Assembly (NCBI RefSeq): GCF_000008305.1
Contig: NC_006055.1
Coordinates: 30,001 to 62,000, forward strand
Reading direction: 5' to 3'
DNA length: 32,000 nucleotides
Source: Mesoplasma florum L1
GTDB lineage: Bacteria > Bacillota_I > Bacilli_A > Mycoplasmatales > Mycoplasmataceae
The translations under genes were made by a program, and so were the position numbers. This document shows, one piece after another, positions 22,658 to 32,000 of the stretch (positions are counted from its first letter, which is position 1; each line of letters begins with the position of its first letter). Below the pieces are notes generated by a model. The model did no database searches. It was not told where the DNA came from and saw only the letters and a list, made by a program, of their open reading frames with translations.

Positions 22658-23662
22658 ATGATTAATCTATTTATTTCAAAATCAAACGATCCAGCATACA
22701 ACTTAGCTGTTGAAGAGTATTTGACATATCATTACCAAACTAAAGACCCTATTTTGTATATTTGACAAAATAGCAACACAATTGTTGTTGGTAGAAATCA
22801 AAATACTTATGCTGAAATTAACATTGCTGAAGCGATGAAAGATGAAGTAAAAATTATAAGAAGAAACACGGGTGGAGGTACTGTTTTCCATGATATGGGA
22901 AATGTGTGTTATTCACTAATTGTTAACAATGATAAAAATTCACAATCTAACTTTGAAATTGCTTTACAACCAATTATTCAGTATTTAAGATCTGAAGGTT
23001 TAAATGCTAATTTCTCAGGAAGAAATGATATTGAAATTGACGGTTATAAAATATCAGGAAATGCACAATTAAAAACAAATAATAAAATTCTACAACATGG
23101 TACATTATTGTTTGATGTTGAATTACCAAGAATTTTAAAATATTTAAATGTAGATCCTGAAAAAATTAAACACCAAAAAGTTAAATCTAAACCAGCTAGA
23201 GTTGCAAATATAAAAGCACTTTTAGAAGGTATAAATAAAAATATTGAACTTACTGACTTTATAAACAATATAATAAATAGCTATACAAAAAATGAAGAAA
23301 CTAAATGAATCGAATTTAGTGAAACTGATGAATTAGCTATTAATAAATGTTTTGAAGAAAAGTATCAATCTCGTGATTGAACATTTGCTAAAAATGAAAA
23401 TTTTGAAATCAGTAACAAGAAATACTTAGAATCAAAAGGTTTAACAGAAATTAAAATAAATGTTGATAAGGGAAAAATCCAAAATATTAAAATTTATGGG
23501 GACTTCTTAGGGTACATTGGAACTGAAGCATTAGAATTTTCATTATTAAATGTTAATTATGATTATCACTCAGTTAAAAACATTCTAGATAAGTTTGCAT
23601 TAAAAGAAATATTTGGTGATAACTTTGAAGCAGAAGATATTTTGAATTTAATATTCAATTAA
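22658..23662 (+). CDS. lplA: Lipoate-protein ligase A (334 aa)
   Basis: IIRRNTGGGTVFHDMGNVCYS, FSGRNDIEIDGYKISGNAQ, QHGTLLFDVE. Confidence 0.94.
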
Positions 23663-23675
23663 GAAAGGTATAAAT

Positions 23676-24788
23676 ATGAAATATATAGGAAAATTTGATC
23701 CTCAAAAAGATGAAATTGTTCGTGTAATGGATAAAGATGGTAAAATCATTAATCCTAAATTAGCTCCATCAATTTCTGATGAAGAATTAATAAAAGCATA
23801 CTCAATTATGAATCTTTCAAGAAGACAAGATGATTACCAAAACAAAATGCAAAGACAAGGAAGATTATTATCTTTCTTAAGTTCAACAGGACAAGAAGCT
23901 TGTGAAGTTGCATATACAATGGTTATTGATCCAAAGAACGATTTCTTCGTTTCTGGATATAGAAATAACGCAGCTTGATTGACAATGGGTCAAACAGTTA
24001 GAAACATTATGTTATATTGAGCAGGAAATGAAGCTGGAGCAAAAGCACCAGAAGGTGTTAATTCATTACCACCAAACATTATTATTGGTTCACAATACTC
24101 TCAAGCAACTGGAATTGCTTTTGCTGAAAAATACCAAGGTAAAAAAGGTGTAGCAGTTACAACAACTGGAGATGGTGGAATGAGTGAAGGTGAAACTTAT
24201 GAAGCAATGAACTTCGCTAAGTTACATGAATTACCAGTTGTATTTGTTTGTGAAAATAACAAATGAGCTATTTCAACTCCAACTGTTCAACAAACAAAAT
24301 CTTTAAATATTGCAGTTAAAGCAATAGCAACAGGAACTCCATCAATTAAAGTTGACGGAAATGACTTCTTAGCAAGTTATGCTGTAGCAAAAGAAGCTGT
24401 TGAATTTGCAAGAAGCGGAAACGGTCCTGTATTAATTGAATTTGATACATATAGACTTGGAGCCCACTCTTCATCAGATGCACCAGACGTTTACCGTCCA
24501 AAAGGTGAATTTGAAGATAGAGTTCCTTATGAACCATTAATAAGATTAAAAGCTTATATGATTGAAAAAGGAATTTGAAGTGAAGAAAAACAAACTGCTT
24601 TAAATGAAGAGCAAGATAAACATATTGCAGCTGAATTTGCTTGAGTAGAACAAAATAAAAACTACCCAATTGAAGATATATTCAACTATCAATATGCTGA
24701 ATTAACAAATGATTTAAAAGATCAACTAGCAGAAGCTAAAGAGTTTTTTGCTAAATACCCAGAAACTAAAGACGGAGGACACCACTAA
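23676..24788 (+). CDS. pdhA: Pyruvate dehydrogenase E1 component, alpha subunit (370 aa)
   Basis: TPP-binding TTTGDGGMSEGETYEAMNFA; FVCENNKWAISTP; TYRLGAHSSSDAP. Confidence 0.97.
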
Positions 24789-25777
24789 TGGCAGTTATTA
24801 ATAATATTAAAGCAGTTACTGAAGCACTTGATGTTGCAATGGACCGTGATAAAAACGTTATTGTTTTTGGTGAGGACGTTGGTTTAGAAGGTGGAGTTTT
24901 TAGAGCTACTCAAGGATTACAACAAAAATATGGAATTGAAAGAAGTTTTAATGCCCCTATTTCAGAAGCAATGTTTGCTGGTGTTGGATTAGGAATGGCA
25001 ATGAATGGTATGAAACCTGTTGTTGAATTACAATTCCAAGGTTTAGGATTACCAGCATTACAAAACGTTATTGCTAATATTTCACGTATGAGAAATAGAA
25101 GCCGTGGTAAATGAACAGCACCTATGGTTATTAGAATGCCAATGGGTGGAGGAATTAGAGCCTTAGAACATCACTCAGAAGCTTTAGAAGCTATCTTTGC
25201 ACATATTCCAGGTATTAAAACAGTTATGCCTTCTACACCTTATGATACAAAAGGTTTATTATTAGCAGCAATTGAATCACCAGATCCAGTTATTGTTTTA
25301 GAACCAACTAAGTTATACCGTGCATTTAAACAAGAAGTACCAGATGGATACTATACAGTTCCAATTGGTGAAGGTTACAAAATTCAAGAAGGAAATGATT
25401 TAACAATTGTTACATATGGAGCACAAACAGTGGACTGTATGAAAGCTGTTGAAATGATTAAATCAACTCACCCAACAGCATCAATTGAATTAATTGATTT
25501 ACGTTCAATTCAACCATGAGATAAAAAAATGGTAATTGAATCAGTTAAAAAAACAGGAAGATTATTAGTTGTTAGTGAAGCGGTTAGATCATTTGGTGTA
25601 CCTGCAGAAATTATTGCAACAGTTAATGAAAATTGTTTTGACTCGTTAAAAGCACCTTTAGCAAGATGTACTGGATATGATGTTGTTATTCCTTATGACA
25701 GAGGGGAAGGATTCCACCAAGTGAACCCACAGAAAGTTGTAGAAGCAATTAAAAAAGTGCTTGACTACAAATTTTAG
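24788..25777 (+). CDS. pdhB: Pyruvate dehydrogenase E1 component, beta subunit (329 aa)
   Basis: VIVFGEDVGLEGGVFRATQGL, FNAPISEAMFAGVGLGMA, VIRMPMGGGIRALEHHSEALEAIFAHIPG; start codon shares one nucleotide with the pdhA stop. Confidence 0.97.
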
Positions 25778-25797
25778 TAGAGAGGAATTAGAATAAT

Positions 25798-26030
25798 ATG
25801 TTTAAAGTAAAATTTGCCGACATTGGAGAAGGGCTTACTGAAGGAAAAGTAGCAGAAGTTCTTGTTAAATTAGGGCAAGAAATAAAAGAAGGAGATGCTT
25901 TATTTTTTGTTGAGACAGATAAAGTTAACTCTGAAATTCCAGCACCAGTTGGTGGAAAGATTGCAAATATTTTAATTTCTCAAGGACAAGAAATTAAAGT
26001 TGGAGATGTTGTTATTGAAATTGATGATGG
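25798..26030 (+). repeat. Direct repeat copy 1: lipoyl-domain DNA of pdhC
   Basis: First 167 bp identical to 27082-27248; across 233 bp I count 4 mismatches. Confidence 0.95.
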
Positions 26031-27066
26031 TTCTTCAGCGGCTGAAGTAACACCTGTAGCAGAAATTAAAACTAAGAATGAACCAATTGAAGAAAATGCT
26101 TCAGTTGTAGGGTCAACACCTGTATCAAATGATGTTATTGCTTCAAGAGCAACAACAAATGCAGCAGCAGAAATTTCAAATAGTGGTGTTAAAGCAACAC
26201 CTTTAGCTAGAAAAATTGCAGCTGATAAAAAAATTGATTTATCAACAATTAAAGGTACTGGACCTCATGGAAGAATTTTAGTTTCTGATTTAGATTCAGC
26301 ACCAGTTGCCGTTCCAAATACAAACTCAGCAACTAAAACAGTTGTTAAATCTGTTGATGTAGATGCACCATTATCATGAGATTCAATCCCAATGAATGGA
26401 ATTAGAAAAGCAACTGTTAAAGCAATGGTTAAATCTCAATCAGAAAATGCAGCATTTACAGGAATGAAAAATATTAACATAACTCCAACATATGATATGC
26501 GTGCAATGTTAAAAGATGGATGTGAATCAAAAGGAATTAAATTAACTTACTTAGCATTCATCGTAAAAGCAGCTGCTAAAGTATTGGAAGAAATGCCTAA
26601 TATTAATGTTCGTATAGATGCTGAAAACAATGCAATCTTACAAGTACATAATATTAATATTGGTATCGCAGTTGATACTGAAAAAGGTTTAATGGTTCCT
26701 GTTATTAAAGGAGCAAACCATTTAACAATATTTGAAATCGCTAATAAAATTGGTGAATTAGCTAAAAAAGCTAGAGATGGTAAATTAGCAATGACTGAAA
26801 TGAAAGATGCAACTTTTACAGTTTCAAACTTTGGATCAGTTGGATTAGATTATGCCACACCAATTATTAATTCACCTGAGTCAGCAATCTTAGGAGTAGG
26901 TACAATGACAAAAACACCTATTTTTGTAAAAGATGAAATTAAAGCAGGTTGAATCATGCCATTCTCAATGACATGTGATCATAGAATAATTGATGGTGGA
27001 GATGCCGGAAGATTCTTAATGAAAATAGAAAATTATTTAAGTAATCCAGCATTACTATTAATGTAA
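25798..27066 (+). CDS. pdhC: Dihydrolipoamide acetyltransferase, PDH E2 (422 aa)
   Basis: Lipoyl domain [17 protein letters not shown]1/E3-binding domain ATPLARKIAADKKIDLSTIKGTGPHGRI, catalytic DHRIIDGGDAGRF. Confidence 0.97.
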
Positions 27067-28890
<1,824 letters not shown>

Positions 28891-28891
28891 T

Positions 28892-29860
28892 ATGTATTCA
28901 GTAGAACAAATCAAAAAAATTCTAGTAGACTCAGATCATAAAAAAACCATAGTTTTACCCGAAGGTGAAGAACCTAAAATTCAAGAAGTAGCTAATACTC
29001 TTGTTAAAGAAAATATTTCAAAAGTTATTATGTTATTTCAAAAATCAGAATCAATACCGTCATCATTAGATTCAAAAATTGAAGTTATTGCAATTGATAA
29101 ATTGGATAAACAACCATTAATTGAAAAATTTATGGATTTAAGAAAAGACAAAACTAATTTAGAACAAGCAACTAAATTGATGGGACAGGCCAATTACATA
29201 GGTGCAATGTTGGTTAAAATGGAAAAAGCTGATTGTATGCTATGTGGAATAACATATACAACAGCTGATACTATAAGACCTGCATTACAAATTATTAAAA
29301 CATCACCAAATGTTGCGTTAGCAGCTAGTGTGTTTATTATGAACAAAGGTGAAGAAAATTACTTCTTTACAGATTGTGCATTAAATTTAAAACCCACAAG
29401 TCAACAATTAGCTGACATATCAAAAATGACAGCAAAATTTGCTCAATCATTTGATGTTAAAAATCCTGAAGTTGCTTTATTAAGTTACTCAACAGCAGGA
29501 TCAGGGGCTGGTGAAGACGTAGTTCGTGTTAAAGAAGCTGTTGAATTATTAGACTCTCAAACAGTTGATTTTAATTATGCTGGAGAAATTCAGTTTGATG
29601 CGGCTTGGGATAAAGAAATAAGAGATAAAAAATTTAAAGATTGTAAATTAACTAAACAAACACCTGACGTGTTTGTGTTCCCTGATATTAATGCAGGAAA
29701 CATTGGTTATAAAATTGCCCAAAGAATGGGTGGCTACGAAGCTATAGGTCCATTCATCCTTGGATTCAATAAACCAGTTAATGATTTAAGTCGTGGAGCT
29801 ACATTAACAGATATTATGAATACAGCTATTATTACAATTTATCAAGCATTGGAGGCGTAA
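28892..29860 (+). CDS. pta: Phosphate acetyltransferase (322 aa)
   Basis: KKTIVLPEGEEPKIQEVANTL, CMLCGITYTTADTIRPALQIIK, LSYSTAGSGAGEDVVRVKEAVEL, VFPDINAGNIGYKIAQRMGG. Confidence 0.96.
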   Translation: MYSVEQIKKILVDSDHKKTIVLPEGEEPKIQEVANTLVKENISKVIMLFQKSESIPSSLDSKIEVIAIDKLDKQPLIEKFMDLRKDKTNLEQATKLMGQANYIGAMLVKMEKADCMLCGITYTTADTIRPALQIIKTSPNVALAASVFIMNKGEENYFFTDCALNLKPTSQQLADISKMTAKFAQSFDVKNPEVALLSYSTAGSGAGEDVVRVKEAVELLDSQTVDFNYAGEIQFDAAWDKEIRDKKFKDCKLTKQTPDVFVFPDINAGNIGYKIAQRMGGYEAIGPFILGFNKPVNDLSRGATLTDIMNTAIITIYQALEA

Positions 29861-29861
29861 T

Positions 29862-31052
29862 ATGATTTTAGTAGTTAATGCAGGAAGTAGTTCAATTAAA
29901 TTTAGATTATTTAATGATTTAGATAAAAGCAATCCAATTGATATTCTTGATGGTTTAGCAGAAAGAATAACTGTTGATGGTGCAGTTTCATTTAAATATG
30001 AAGGTAAAAAATATGAATATAATGTTGAATTACCAAATCATGAAGTAGCAATTAAGTTTATTTTAGATAAATTAATTGAATTAAATATTATCAGCAATGT
30101 AGATGATATAAATGCTGTAGGATTCAGGGTTGTTCATGGTGGAACAATAAGTAAATCTTCAATTATAGATCAAAAAGTCTTTGACACAATTAAAGATGCA
30201 GTTAAATTAGCACCATTGCATAATCCAGGGGCTATAACAGCCATTGAGGCCATTGAAAAAGTTATGCCTAAAGCTAAATTGGTAGCATGCTTTGATACAG
30301 CATATCATCAAACTTTAGCTGAAGAACAATATTTATACGCAGTTCCTTATTCTTGATATAAAGAACATGGTGTAAGAAAATACGGTTTTCATGGTATTAG
30401 TTACCAATACATAGCAGAAAAAATGTCAGAAGTATTAGCCAAACCTAAAGACCAATTAAATCTTATCGTTTGCCACTTAGGTAACGGTGCAAGTATAACA
30501 TGTATTAAAAATGGTAAATCATTTGATACAACAATGGGATTAACTCCTCTCGCTGGTGTAATGATGGGAACAAGAAGTGGTGATATTGATCCATCAATTA
30601 TCGAATACATGTGTAAAGAATTACAATTGGACGTTTCAAAAATAACAAATATTTTAAATAAAGAATCAGGTCTGTTAGGATTAAGCGGAAAATCAAGTGA
30701 TATGCGCGATGTAACTGGTGGATATTTTAAAGGTGATGAAGATTACAAAAGAGCACTTAACAAATATACACAAGTTTCTGCGGACTATATCATTAGATTT
30801 GCAAACTTATTAGGACACAATATTGATGGTATTGTTTTCACAGCTGGTGTTGGTGAAAATTCAATTCATACAAGACAATTTATTTTAGAAAAATTACCTT
30901 TATTAGATATTGAAATTGATAATGCTAAAAATGAAGAAAGTTATGGAGACTATAAATATATATCTTCACCAAATTCAAAAATAAAAGTATTAGCGGTTAG
31001 AACTAATGAAGAATTAATGATTTGTAAAGATACAATCAATTTAACTAAATAG
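29862..31052 (+). CDS. ackA: Acetate kinase (396 aa)
   Basis: MILVVNAGSSSIKFRLF, LIVCHLGNGASITCIKNGKSFDTTMGLTPLAGVMMGTRSGDIDP, VFTAGVGENS. Confidence 0.97.
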
Positions 31053-31057
31053 AATTA

Positions 31058-31085
31058 AAAATAACCATTAAGGTTATTTTTTTAT
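31058..31085 (+). terminator. Intrinsic terminator
   Basis: aaaataacc / ggttatttt 9-bp stem plus T tract. Confidence 0.8.
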
Positions 31086-31125
31086 CTTTTAAATTATAAT
31101 TAATAATAAATAAATGAGGTGAAAC

Positions 31126-31926
31126 ATGAAAAGAGTATTATTTATAGGTTTAGGTCATATGGGTTCTTCACTTGTTAAGGGAGTTTTAAAAAATTCAAAT
31201 AATAAAATAGAAGTTTTTGGATACGATGTAATAAAAGAAGTTCAAGATAAAGCAATAAAAAATATTCAAGGGCTAAGACCTTTAAAAGATATTTCAGAAA
31301 TAGAACTTAAAAAAATAGATTATATTGTCATAGGGACAAGACCTATTGATGTTGAACCTTTATGTAAAAATATGGATCAATTAAACATTGATGGAAAAAC
31401 TATTATTTGTATGGCGAATGCAGTTACAATAGAAGATGTTCAGAATAATTTTGTAAAAAATAAGAAAGTTTCAGTAATTAGAATGATGCCAAACATGAAT
31501 GCTTCTATACAAAAATCTGTGACAGCTTTAGCAACTAAAAATGCATCAAATGAAACAATGAAATTTGTTTCTGAAATGTTTGAACTTTGTGGAATAGTGG
31601 AAAATATTGATGAAGATAAATTTGGAACACTAACAGCTATTTCTGGTTGCTCACCATCTTATATAATTTCATTTTTTAAAGCTATGACTGATTATGCAAT
31701 TGATAAAGGTTTCGAAAAAGAACAAGCCTTTAGAATAATAGAAGAGGCAATCATAGGAAGTGTTATGAATGCATCAAAATCAGAAGTAGAGTTAAGAACA
31801 ATGGTCGATCAAATTTGTGTTCCAAATGGATCAACTATTGAAGGGCAAAAAATTTTAGATAATAAAAACTTTGAAAAAATAATTCAAGAAGCACTGACAG
31901 CAGCAACTAAAAAAGCAACAAAATAA
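31126..31926 (+). CDS. proC: Pyrroline-5-carboxylate reductase (266 aa)
   Basis: VLFIGLGHMGSSLVKGVL NAD-binding start, VIRMMPNMNASIQKSVTAL, SGCSPSYIISFFKAM, VCVPNGSTIEG; TATAAT at 31095-31100 upstream. Confidence 0.9.
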   Translation: MKRVLFIGLGHMGSSLVKGVLKNSNNKIEVFGYDVIKEVQDKAIKNIQGLRPLKDISEIELKKIDYIVIGTRPIDVEPLCKNMDQLNIDGKTIICMANAVTIEDVQNNFVKNKKVSVIRMMPNMNASIQKSVTALATKNASNETMKFVSEMFELCGIVENIDEDKFGTLTAISGCSPSYIISFFKAMTDYAIDKGFEKEQAFRIIEEAIIGSVMNASKSEVELRTMVDQICVPNGSTIEGQKILDNKNFEKIIQEALTAATKKATK

Positions 31927-31928
31927 AA

Positions 31929-31948
31929 AAATCGGGGAAACCCGATTT
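31929..31948. terminator. Bidirectional intrinsic terminator
   Basis: aaatcggg gaaa cccgattt: 8-bp stem with GAAA tetraloop. Confidence 0.8.
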
Positions 31949-31952
31949 TAAT

Positions 31953-32000
31953 TTAAAATTTCTTAGCAGCAGCAATCAAATCAGAAGTTATTGATGAAAC
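31953..32000 (-). CDS. C-terminal end of an unidentified minus-strand protein (...VSSITSDLIAAAKKF)
   Basis: Minus-strand open frame into TAA at 31955-31953, converging on the terminator at 31929-31948. Confidence 0.5.
   Translation of the reverse strand, partial: VSSITSDLIAAAKKF

Noticed and set aside
24346-24669. Minus-strand 107-aa ORF opposite pdhA; also plus-strand out-of-frame ORF 12498-12716 within lysS and minus-strand ORFs 9596-9940 and 15997-16296.
   Set aside because: Low-complexity (Leu/Gln/His-rich) translations overlapping confidently identified genes.

Overview
AT-rich Mollicutes chromosome segment, Mesoplasma/Entomoplasma/Spiroplasma-like. Long ORFs are broken only by in-frame TGA, so I read it with translation table 4 (TGA=Trp) and merged the ORF-track fragments. 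Contents in order: (1) three lipoprotein/solute-binding-protein genes, each preceded by a purine-riboswitch-family aptamer (the first is cut by the window edge), leading into an ABC transporter operon (large SBP, ATPase with a ~420-aa insertion, two permeases) that ends in a ComEC-like metallo-beta-lactamase-fold lipoprotein; (2) DUF1904-like protein, dusB, lysS; (3) divergent NagB-like enzyme and RpiR-type regulator, PTS EIIABC with a coiled-coil tail, 6-phospho-beta-glucosidase; (4) TPP riboswitch plus ThiT-like protein on the minus strand; (5) metG; (6) nox, lplA, pdhA-pdhB-pdhC-pdhD, pta, ackA; (7) proC; (8) the 3' end of a minus-strand gene. The most interesting signal is the riboswitch/lipoprotein/ABC/MBL cluster at 1-10035. 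Its aptamers resemble the 2'-deoxyguanosine/guanine variants known from Mesoplasma florum, and together the genes suggest a purine or nucleic-acid salvage system. All homology statements come from motif recognition; no database search was run.
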